Assembly: GCA_021613535.1 (NCBI GenBank)
Contig: CP075493.1
Coordinates: 7,936,001 to 8,000,000 of the forward strand
DNA from: Adineta vaga
Lineage: Eukaryota; Animalia; Rotifera
DNA length: 64,000 bases
Direction of reading: 5' to 3'
Below, one piece after another: positions 1 to 11,511 of the stretch. The notes beneath the pieces are model-generated. The model was given only the letters and a program-made list of their open reading frames with translations, was not told the origin of the DNA and did not search any database. Positions within the stretch are counted from its first letter, which is position 1. The number at the start of each line of letters is the position of its first letter. The position numbers and the translations under genes are program-made.

Positions 1-200
1 TGCTGCATATACTGTGGTTGTTGCTGCATATACTGTGGTTGTTGCTGCATATATTGAGCTGGTTGTTGTACATATTGTGGTTGCTGTGCGTACTGAGGTT
101 GTTGTTGAGCAATAGGTCGTTGCTGAGCAGCTGGAGCTCCTGTGCCTGGTTTTGGAGTTTTTGCGAACACTCCTTTTATTCTTTGAAAAAAAGTACTCAT
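1..200 (-). CDS. 5' part of a Gln/Pro/Tyr-rich low-complexity protein (runs off the window start)
   Basis: ATG at 200 on the minus strand reads MSTFFQRIKGVFAKTPKPGTGAPAAQQRPIAQQQPQYAQQPQYVQQPAQYMQQQPQYMQQQPQYMQ..., open to position 1; QQQPQYM-type repeats. Confidence 0.7.
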   Translation of the reverse strand, partial: MSTFFQRIKGVFAKTPKPGTGAPAAQQRPIAQQQPQYAQQPQYVQQPAQYMQQQPQYMQQQPQYMQ

Positions 201-1487
201 AATTAGTGCGTATTAGGAAATATGTTTACGCTGTGAACCCCGATATCACCACGTGATTAACAATTGTTAGTGATAGTGTTTTTTTCATCTTACGTTGAGA
301 TATATCATCCGTAACAGAGGATAAAAATGACTGTTCTGTTACAAGGTAAAACCTACTCACATGAAACTATTTTATGTTAGCGGTTTGCTACATATGCTCT
401 AATCATTAACGATTAATTTCAATAAATTACTGAACAGAAAATAGCACGTAAAAAAATTCTGCACAGAGACAGAGCGCATGAATAATCCAACAATAAATGG
501 TCATGCTGCTTAACAAATAGTAAAATTTTATTTATGAAACAAATCAGTGGTGTCATCTATTGACGAGTTAAATTCTTTTCGCAAACTTTATTAGTTCATT
601 ATGAATAAAATTTAATAGTAGATATGCTCAAAGTTTGCAATGTATACTAATTAACTCGTTGCTACTTTTACGTTGACGTTTGATTTTCAGATTTGAATCC
701 AAATTACTCTTTATCATAGTTTTGCATTTTTTAAGAATGGAACCATGTATTCAAATATAACTGAGAAAGTATAATGTATCCTAGTTTTATTAAAAACAAC
801 TATCTGTCATCTCATAAGATCGCAACTAATATGTAGATCGAAATACATAGTATTTACTTTCTTTCGGATACTATCGTGTATCTTATTGTTTGACGGTTCA
901 GTTGTATACGTACGAATAATTATGAGAAAATTGGAACAAATATAAAAATAAAACAAATAAGATTCAAAAAGTAAGTCATCGATAACAACTTATACAATGC
1001 TAATAAATACGATCAAAAGACATGTTTTAAGATACTAACTTTCTCTGTATACATGTATATAACTGGAAGAATTACTTTTGATTTTTGAATTTTCTCGGAA
1101 GATTTCTATATTAAATCGTTGATTTCTACAATAATCAATTGACAAAATATCTCTCAGTCAAAGTATGTTTTTGTATTCATTCGTAAGTTTCCGAGACTTC
1201 TATTGTATTTTCTATGATTTGGATCGATAGATGTCATGAGTGAGAAGTGCTTATTCTATTGATAGGTTAAATAAGAGAACGTTTTCATCCAAACAACATA
1301 AGATATTACTGTTCGCGTACTGTATGGACTTATCGATTGACATCATAGTTCATATAGATCAATTAGGCTAGTAGAATTTTAGATCCTATGAATCGATTAG
1401 AACTATCTAATTAATTATTTGGATAATATTGAGAAATATATTTGTTGAATTAATCCAAATTTGATATTTTATAATTTTAGAAGAAAT

Positions 1488-3278
1488 ATGAGTGATAGTG
1501 AAACAGAAACGCAATTACGGAAAGATTTTGTAGAATCATCATCATTTGATTCATTACCATTGAAAAAATGGTTGAAAGATCAATGTCGTCTACTTGGATT
1601 TGATAATCCAACTCCTGTTCAACATTCATGTATTCCACGTATTCTTGAAGGTATATTTAATTCTTTCTTTTATCGAAAATGTTTATTTTATTCTTATTCT
1701 TATTTGTAGGTCAAGATATTTTAGCATGTGCAAAAACTGGATCGGGTAAAACAGCAGCATTTGCTTTACCTATTCTCGATGTACTTAGTGATGATATCTA
1801 TGGTATTTTTGCACTGGTTCTTACACCGACACGGTATATTTTAGTGTAAAAGTAAAAATACATGTTGTTTTAATCTTTAACTAGAGAACTAGCATATCAA
1901 ATTGCTGATCAATTTCGAGTCTTTGGTAAACCATTAGGTTTAAAAGACTGTGTCATTACCGGTGGAATGGGTAAGTGAATATTCATTCTATTAATTTACT
2001 TTTATTGTTATGAAAATTTTCTTATGAATAGATATGATGATTCAAAATTCTGCATTAACTGAAAGTCCACATATTGTTATTGCCACACCGGGACGTCTTG
2101 CTGATCATATCGAAAGTGGTACTGAATTCTCTTTGAATAAGATTAAATTTCTGGCAAGAAAATAAGTTTTATTTCTCTAAACATCATTCAATTTCTATTC
2201 CATCAGGTACTCGATGAAGCTGATCGTTTATTGGAAGATAATTTTGGTAAACAACTGCAAACTATCTTTTCTATTCTACCAAAACAACGACAAACACTTC
2301 TCTTCAGTGCAACAATAACTGATACCATTAAACAAGTTCAATCAATATCTGAACGTAAACCATTTCTCTTCGATGGAAATTTATTGTAAGAAAAATTAGA
2401 ATTTCATATTAAAGAACTAAAAAAGTAAATCTATACTTCTGTACTAGGCATCAACCAGTAGATAAATTGGATCAATATTATTTATTAGTACCATCTAATG
2501 TCAAGGATGCTTACCTCTTCCATCTGTTATCATTATATCATGGAAATGATGATGACGATGAAGAAAGAAGCACACCAAAAAAACATAGTACATCAACGAT
2601 TGTTTTTACTAATACTTGTCGTGATTGTCAGATTCTCTCAATGATGTGTCGAAAATTTCATATGCCATCTGTAGAAATTCATTCATTAATGAAACAACGA
2701 CAACGCTTAGCTTCATTAGCAAAATTTAAATCACTTCAAGTTCGAATCTTATTTGCAACTGATGTTGCTTCAAGGTAAAACTATCATTTTACTTCAAATT
2801 CAATTTTCTATAATTTCGATTTAGAGGTTTGGATATTCCCAGTGTTGATCTAATTATTAATCACAATGTACCTTTTGTACCAAAAGAATATGTTCATCGA
2901 GTGGGACGAACAGCTCGTGCAGGTAAATTATTATAGAATGATGTTGTTCGGAATTATCGAACTCTTCTTTTAGGACGTAGTGGTACTGCTATAACTCTTG
3001 TAACACAATATGATGTGAAATTAATGCATAAAATTGAAGATCGTATCAGTAAACAATTAAGTGAATATCGTGTGAAAGAAAAAGATGTTTTGAAATTACT
3101 TGTTGAAGTATCAATGACTCGAAGTCAAGTTGAAATTCAACTTGATGAAGAAGATTTTGGTGAAGCAGAAAAAATCAATAAACGAAAACATCGTCTTCTT
3201 GAACAAGAAATTTTAGCTGAAAATAATTCAACTATAAAAAAGAAATCGAAAAAAAAACAAATAAAATCTGAAGAATAA
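1488..3278 (+). CDS. DDX49: DEAD-box RNA helicase DDX49/Dbp8 (multi-exon)
   Basis: Spliced exons give Q motif (PTPVQ), [58 protein letters not shown]; '[24 protein letters not shown]' is typical of DDX49. Confidence 0.9.
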
Positions 3279-3340
3279 TTTAAAAAAAAAACTCTACTAT
3301 TTTGTTTTGTTTTCAGATAATAAGAAAAACAAATATACAG

Positions 3341-6300
3341 ATGTTAAATAGTTATCCTATTTACAATACTCTTCATCATACATTATCAACTACTAATCTA
3401 CGTCGTAATAGTCTAAATTCTACATTATCATTAACGAAATGTCGTCGAAATTCTTTTTCACCTCCGACACCATTGATCTTATCCCAACCAACATTTACAG
3501 AATTGCATGATTATTATTTTCCATCAACAACGAACAATGACAATCAAACAAAAATCACTCAATCAACAAATAATTTCTTTCCTGAATCGAAAGATGATCC
3601 TAATCTTTCATTTCTTGATGGTCTTGATTTAACGAATAATCTAATACCATCAACAACTGATGACAATCTATTTACTGAAAAGACTCAACCTGATCTATCA
3701 ACATCATCGCCGATTCTTTCCTCGCCATCATCGACAATTCAGTGTGTACGTATTATTCGTCGAAATGACTCAACACCTATTCAAACAAATCCAAATCCAA
3801 ATCCAAATCTAAATCCAAATCAACGACGTGTTGTTCGCGTCATTCGCTTGAGTAATGCATCACGTTCATTAGAACAATCATCATCTAATCTGTATATTGT
3901 TCGTAAAACGGATGTTACACCAACTGTTCATATAAATCCTGCCATTCAACATGTGATAGGAAAAACAAATAGTATTAACAATCCCGATGAAAATAATCAA
4001 CTCAATAAACTTTATGGTTCAACAATTTCGATATTTGGAATTGAATTTACTGTCGTATCGAATGAAACAAATTCAACAGATAAATGTGCATCACTTGTAC
4101 AAAATATGAATGATGAGACAATGAAACCAAATGTACAAACAACAAATAAAGTATATACATATATATATATTTGAAAAGAGAGAGCGAGAGAGAAAAGAAC
4201 TTTTTTCAAAATTTAGATTAATGATATTCACAAATTATTCTCTCGAATTTATCGTTGTGTTCTATGTGCAGCTGAATTTGATCTTTATGAAGATTTTGTT
4301 TCACATGGTAGTGGGCATTTACAAGATTTATCATTGAAACCACTCGAAACAGCATCAGTCTTTCGTCGACGATCATATCGTTGTCTTTTACCTCATTGTA
4401 ATGCAAGAATTGAAAGGTAAATATTCATTTCTTACTTATTTTTTGATTGATGACACTGATTTTCATTGATTCTTTAGTGAAACCGAAAGTCCTCGTATTC
4501 TTGATCAATTATTTCGTCGACATCTTCTCAGTCATGTTGGTACACATCCATTTAAAGTAAAAGAGACTTTAAAGAAGAATGAAAGTAACAAACGAATTTG
4601 AACATATTTTTTTCTAGTGTCATCTATGCAAAAGTAAATTTCAACGTATACAAAACTATCGTGTTCATTTAGCATATCATGAAGAAATGAACAGTCCTTC
4701 TTTACAGGTTTGAGATATTCAAATGATGAATACATTTTTTACGGAAAAGTTTATCATTTAGTGTAAAAAATGTTTGAAAAAATTTACTACCGATAAACAA
4801 TACAATTTTCATGTTCGCAAATGTTTTGTTGTACCACCAACTTCAACAGTATCATTTCGTTGTCATATATGTGGAGAAAATTTTGAGAAAGAGCAAAGTT
4901 TAAACTTACATATAAAATATATTCATACATCACGACCATCAACACCAAATGTAACAGCTATTCGAAGTGATAATGAGTAAAAAGAAAATAATTGCATTAA
5001 GAAATAAATCTCTTCAATTGATGTTTGTTTTAGAGTTCGTGTTCGATTAGTATCACCACCAGCTGTTTCAATCAAACAAAAATCATTACCAAGTACATCA
5101 AATCCATGTCAGATTTGTCATCAAGAATTTCCCAAACGTTTATTATACAAAAAACATATGTTAACACATTTAGGTGATAAACATTTTGCATGTACTTATC
5201 CAGTAAGTTATTGCATATCTGATAAGTAAATATCATAATCATGACAACTTTCTTTCGTATTAGGCATGTAAAGATACATTTTATTCACAATCCAATTTGG
5301 ATCGTCATGTTCGTACTGTACATTTACGTGGAAGTCAATTATTTCTATGTACATTTCCTAATTGTGGTAAAACATTTGCAAGAAATGATTCTTTAAAAAA
5401 TCATCGTGTCAAACATTTTCCAAATATGATTATGAAATGTCCATATGTTGGTAAGACTTGAAAAAAAAACTCATTACTATTACATTCATAAAATCGATAA
5501 ATTCTACGCTGTTTATTCCAGATTGTGAAGAAAAATTTCGTGTACGTTCAACTTATCATGCACATGTTAAACGACATCGAAATGAAAAACAACCAGCATC
5601 AATGATGTATGTTTGTGTGCTACAAAATTGTCAATATACAACATCGAATAAAGCAAGCATGAAACAACATTTAACAAAAGTTCATGATTATAGACAAGAA
5701 AAAGGTAAATATTTATTAAAGAGAATGTTGAAATAATTTCTGTAATATCGGAAAGTGAAGTTTTGTACATACGATAGGCTAAACAAGATCAACTATTTTA
5801 TGAAACTAATCTCTTTGATTTAGATGAAGATATTCCTTATATTCAATATCCATCCAAACAACAGCAACAAACGCAGCCATCACAGCAACCAATCGCTATT
5901 GATGAACCTTCAACATCTAATGTTGTTGAAGTATTAGCTCCAATTGTGGTCAAATTACCTGGTGATGAACCTACTCCTCCTCCTCCTCCTCCTCCTCCGC
6001 CTCCTCCTCTACCAGCACCACCATTGGTTGTACCGTCTCCACAACCAATAGTTCCTCGTAAGTTTCTTACTCAACTTATTCTAATATCAATATTTGTTTT
6101 GAAATCTTTCTCCTTTAGCTCCACCACCACCACCAGCACCTTCAAGTGATCCATTCGATTTCTTCTGTATGTTTCCTGATGTTCCACTTGGTGATCTCGA
6201 TTGGCTTAATATTGAATCTGAAGAAAATATTCGACCACGAAAACGTCAAAATATCATTACCATTAGTCGTATGTTTCTCTGATAAGTTCGTTGATTTATA

Positions 6301-6672
6301 AACTGTTTTCATGGTTTAGGTGATATGGAAAGTTTATCTACAGTTGTCGTAGAAAATCTCAGTGGTTGTGCTCGAACTGATTATCGTAGTAATCATGCTT
6401 TACTTGAACGTGCTAAATTTCGACGAAAATTATTGAATTATAAACGAGGTACAATATAATTTGCCTTTTGTTTTCAAATGAATAATCATTTCTATTTCTT
6501 AGAACTTTTACGAGTTGATTCTCAACCAGTTTCTACATCCACACGACGATTATCCAGTCAATTATCTGACGATAATGATAATGATTATGAAGATGATGAT
6601 ATTCTTGAAACTACAACATGTGAAACAAGTCCGAAACGAATAAAACGATATGTCGATATTAATGAAAATTGA
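3341..6672 (+). CDS. Multi-C2H2 zinc-finger transcription factor with Pro-rich linker and C-terminal GCARTDYR motif (ZXD-like)
   Basis: Long Ser/Thr/Asn-rich first exon, then exons with many C2H2 fingers (YRCVLC..H..H, FRCHICGENF..H..IH, CTFPNCGKTF..H, linkers HVGTHPFKC and HLGDKHFAC), a poly-Pro tract and stop at 6672. Confidence 0.8.
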
Positions 6673-7260
6673 ATAAATATCTTTTCTCGTTTTCTCTTTT
6701 CTCTTCCGCTTTCTCCCTTTCTTAAGTAAATAAGAAAAGAATAAAAATAATCATTTCTCTTCTTTATATGCACTTTCAAACTATGAAATTATACTAGAAT
6801 ATATACATAGCCGCATGTTTTATACTTGTATAATCGTCATGCTACTCTCGGTCTTTCGCACGATCCTCCCTGTTTCAATACTGCATGTTTTACAGACACT
6901 TTTCTCTTTTGGATTCTTATTATTGTTTAGTTTTACGTGTATGTATGTATGAATTCATTCTGTTATGTTTGCTTTTGTTCGTTAAACGTGCGGCTCACAC
7001 AAAAAGACGATTTCTTTTCTCATATATATGTTTACAGAAAAAACAAAAAAATATATACAGAAAGGAAAAAAGACCGTTGTATTTATCGAATCTTTTTTTA
7101 TCGTTATAACTTGCCTGGGAATTATCTATCAGATAAAACAGAAGGAAGGAGAAGTATCTAGTAATATAAATGCATGTAATAGAACAGAATATATTCATTT
7201 TATCAGTCTATTTACTCATTGCTCGATTATAGATAATTTTTCATTTTTTGGCGTTATCGA

Positions 7261-8206
7261 ATGGCTACTTCATCGAAAACGACCGAAAAACATTATATTG
7301 AATCGAATCCATTGGTCATTCAGGATTCATTCGAAGGATATCCATTGAATTATTTCAAGTAAATATAATCGATTTGATGTCTATCTATCGAACGAATATT
7401 TGATCGTTTTAGTTTACCATTACATTATCGTGATGATTTAAAATCTGTTCTTATACCCTATGGTCTTGTTCAAGATCGTATTGAAGCATTAGCTAGTCGA
7501 ATCTTTTCAGATTTACATATTCATATTCCAGAACAACTCAGTAAACATTGAATCCATTGAAATCATCAATAAATTTCCTTCGATTTAGTCTGTATGTGTG
7601 TACTCAAAGGTGGTTATCGATTCTTTTCGGATCTTGTGTCAAAAATTCAAAATGAAAATCGGTTTGTTTTAATTAAAACGGAATCATCTCATTTTTTCAA
7701 TTTTACTTCTCGAATATTTTTAGTCTACGTAATGATCGTAGTTTACCAATGAGTTTAGAATTCATTCGTGCACGAAGTTACATTAATGATCATTCAACGG
7801 ATGCTATTGAAATTATTGGTATCAGTGATTTAAACACATTAAATAATAAACACATATTAATCATCGAAGATATCATCGATACAGGTGTGACAATGGTTGC
7901 TTTAAAAGCTGAATTGGAGAAATATAAACCGAAAACAATTCATGTCGTTTCATTATTTACAAAACGACGAAATGATAAAAAATGTATTTTCAAACCGGAT
8001 TATTCAGGTTTTGAAGTACCTGATCATTTTATAGTTGGTTATGCACTTGTAAGAAGATTATTTAGTTTCATATCTTAGAAGAAGATTTTTCTCCTTTTTT
8101 TTTATAGGATTACAATGAATATTTTCGCGATTTGGAACATATATGTGTTATGAAAGAATCTGGCATTGCAAAATATAAAGTCAATAGTGGTGATAAAGTG
8201 GAATAA
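7261..8206 (+). CDS. HPRT1: Hypoxanthine-guanine phosphoribosyltransferase
   Basis: [24 protein letters not shown]-binding [37 protein letters not shown]. Confidence 0.95.
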
Positions 8207-9004
8207 ATCAAGATTTCATGTGTGCATGCGTGTGATTTACTTTTTCTTAGAGCAGATTTCATGATGATAATAGAATGTTTTTTAGAAAGAAAAAGAAAAG
8301 AAAATATAATTCTAGCTATTGAATAAAACCGGATTCACGATATGGAAGAATTGATAAACTATCTCATGATTTCTTCAAAAGAATGCTTTTTCATGACAAT
8401 GACATCATAACATAAACCTAGATTTTATTTTCTTTCTTATTCGTATTTGTGAAAAATGCGAAGAACGTGATAGATATAGTTTACAAATTGATGCTGAAGA
8501 GGATGTTTTTTGTTTATGGGATATGAATCATGTTGCTGGGCATTTTGTTTTCTACACATGAAAGTCTAAACGAACAAGATATGTGCGGATGGTATTGAAT
8601 TCTGTGCGTTAGTAATGTATACATATTTATGTTGAATAAAAATAAATCTTCGAACAATCATAGAATTATGATTGACTGACGCATTCATATTATGAAATAT
8701 CTTTTTGTAGGTTATTTTTATCGAAAAATGAGTTTGTCTAGGTGTGTACATGTATCATTGATGATGTAGTACACAGAAAAAGCCTTCTAATTTCTAACAA
8801 GAAGCCATAGAAAAACTAATGAATAAATTAATCGGAAAAGAAAAAGTAATTTAGATTTAGTTCATATTTGATATGTTCCTTCATATATAGATGACGTTCA
8901 TCTGATGTAACTATTATCATCTCATGCATATATGTTATTTAAAATCATATTGAAACAAAATAGTTTGAATCTATTACTTGTTAACACGCCCTCTATCTTC
9001 TTTT

Positions 9005-9017
9005 GTTACTAAGCGAC
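9005..9017 (+). promoter_or_regulatory. RFX X-box upstream of CLUAP1
   Basis: GTTACTAAGCGAC, an imperfect palindrome fitting the 13-bp X-box, ~93 bp before the ATG of an IFT gene. Confidence 0.65.
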
Positions 9018-9109
9018 CTTATTTCAAACGAATCAAATTATGGAAGTTCATTGATATTCATTCATTGTAAGTTCTTCTTTTCTCAGATAAATTCTCTCAG
9101 CAATTTGCA

Positions 9110-11046
9110 ATGACCTATCGAGATATTAGCCGTAAGTAAACTGCTCGCCACCAAATTTAAATCGTAGAAATTCAATCATTCTTGAATTTGCAGATCTATG
9201 TGAGATGGCTCGTGTTCTCTCCTATCCACGTTTGATTTCTATGGAAAATTTTCGTCAACCAAATTTCCCTCTTGTAGCAGAATTAATGGCTTGGCTTGTT
9301 AAACAGTATATTTCCAGTTTAATTTTCTATATACTTATCTCCATAACGTTTTCTTTTCTTTCAATTAGATATGATCCTCTAGCAGATGTTCCAACTGACA
9401 TTGAACGTGAACAAGATCGTGTAATTTTCATTCGTTCTATTACTCAAATAATTGTAAGATGAATGATTAAGAAAATCTGTGACCGATAGATTTTTATTCT
9501 AGGCAACGAAAGCACATTTGAAATTAAATACAAAAAAACTCTACCAAGCAGATGGATATGCAGTTAAAGAAATTCTTAAAGTTATAAGTCCACTTTATCA
9601 TGCATTACGTGATAGCGAAAATAAAGAATTAGAAGATGAAGATGATGTTGATCAGCAATATCGATATGCTATGAATGATGATGTAAGAAGTTTCATTGAT
9701 TGAAAGAATATATTTCTAATACAATCTTTGGAAATCTTATTTTTCAGATTAGTACATTGAAAAGTGCACGTCAACTATGTTCAACTATTACACAAAAAGG
9801 TGCGAATTTACATGAATTACTTGGAAAAGAAGTTGATGCACGAGTAAGATAAAATTGAATTCTATTCATTAATTATGGACAATTTCCTTAGGAAGCACGA
9901 TTAGAAGTGATGAATCGAGGAATGGAATTATCGGAAGTTCGTGAAGGTATTCGTGAAGCAGAAACTGCATCGAAAGTAGGTTAAAAATACGAAACTATAT
10001 CGAAATGTAAACTTTCTTTTCTTTCTTTTATAGCGTGAATTAACTAAATTTACAAAATTAATTGATAATGTTCAAACAGATGAAGTTGCATTAGATGAAA
10101 AAATAGCTAAACGACTGGAAGAAAAAGATCGTCATCAACGTCGACTTGATATGTTAAGAAGTGTTAGGTAAATGAAATGAACATAAATTTGTTGTCTTCA
10201 TTGTTGTTATTTTGTTTCTGAATTAGACCATCATTTATGAATGATTTTGAAAAGTTTGAAGTAGAACTCAATGAATTATATACAGATTATGTTTTGAAAT
10301 TTCGTATATTATCCTATTTGGAAAAGGAATTAGAAGGACACTTTCGAAATCAACGAGAAAAAGTTCAGGTATAGAATTGATAGATTCTATTGATTCAATG
10401 AAGATTGTCTTTGTTTCAGGAGGTATCTCGGCAATATATGCAATCGATGAATTCGCAATTAACGGAGCAAGATCAACAAAGATTTAATAGACAATTACAA
10501 GATCCAAATGATGAAATTGGTGTTCGTAGTGATGAAGAAGAAGATGAAGAAGATTCAGATGACGATGATGATGATGATGATGATGATGAGTAAGTTGTAC
10601 TTCAGGAAAATTAAGTATTTATTTATTTATACTTATTCTATCAGCGATGGTGATTCTCAAGATGAAGCAATGGATCGACGACCACCTCGCGGAGTCAAAC
10701 TAGGTATGTCTTTCTGAAACATATCACGCATCAATGTATATATTATCTGTTTTGTATAGAAAATGGTACAACAGGTCGAGCTTATGGTGGTATGACAGAC
10801 GATCTTAGCGATGATGAACAAGGACAAATGGGTAAAGGAAATGGTAGAATCGGTGGTGGTGGTGATGATGATGATGATGATGACGAAGATGTAGATATGG
10901 GTATGGATCGTAGACGAAGAGGTGGAGGTGGTGGTGGTGGTGGTGGAAATATTGGTCGTCGACCACCCAGTGCTAGTGGTCAACGACGACAAAGACCTGT
11001 ACCACAACAACGTAAAACTTACAAAGATGATGATGAAGACTTTTAA
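9110..11046 (+). CDS. CLUAP1: Clusterin-associated protein 1 / IFT38 (multi-exon)
   Basis: MTYRD..., [59 protein letters not shown], acidic tail ending DDDEDF. Confidence 0.93.
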
Positions 11047-11428
11047 TTCTCTGATTTTTCTTTTCTTCTTAAATGCAATTTTTGTGTTTTCTATTATTTG
11101 ATTTAAATAGGGACACAAAATACAATTGGATTATTCGCATTATTATTACTATTAAAAATTCTTTGAAATGTTTTATTGATGTTGTTTCTATTGTTAATAA
11201 TTGTTCATATATACTTCTTTTAAATAAATGATTTCAACATTGAACGAGCCAAAACGCAAGGTAAAGTAATAATGATTTGTTTTGCAATCTCTTAGAAATG
11301 ATTATTGAACACTATTCGAACAAATTAACAATCAGATTTCTTTGGACAATTCGTTTTCGTTGTTGTTTTTGTAACAAATGATGATCTACACATAATAGAG
11401 GAGTTGCCATCGTTTCACTTTGAATTAT

Positions 11429-11442
11429 GTCGCTAAGGTGAC
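11429..11442 (+). promoter_or_regulatory. RFX X-box upstream of the CCDC63/ODAD1-like gene
   Basis: GTCGCTAAGGTGAC (14-bp X-box form) ~70 bp before ATG 11512, plus a GTTGCCAT half-site at 11403-11410. Confidence 0.65.
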
Positions 11443-11511
11443 TGTGTTGTTGTTATTATTCGCTTCTGTACTTTCCTTTAGACTTTTTTCTTTCTTCAAT
11501 ATAGTAAAACT

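Noticed and set aside
18-206. Leu/Trp-rich + strand ORF resembling a membrane peptide
   Set aside because: It is the antisense shadow of the Gln/Pro/Tyr-repeat gene on the minus strand
10657-11118. 153-aa minus-strand Thr/Ser-rich ORF
   Set aside because: Antisense to the Gly/Asp-rich last exon of CLUAP1
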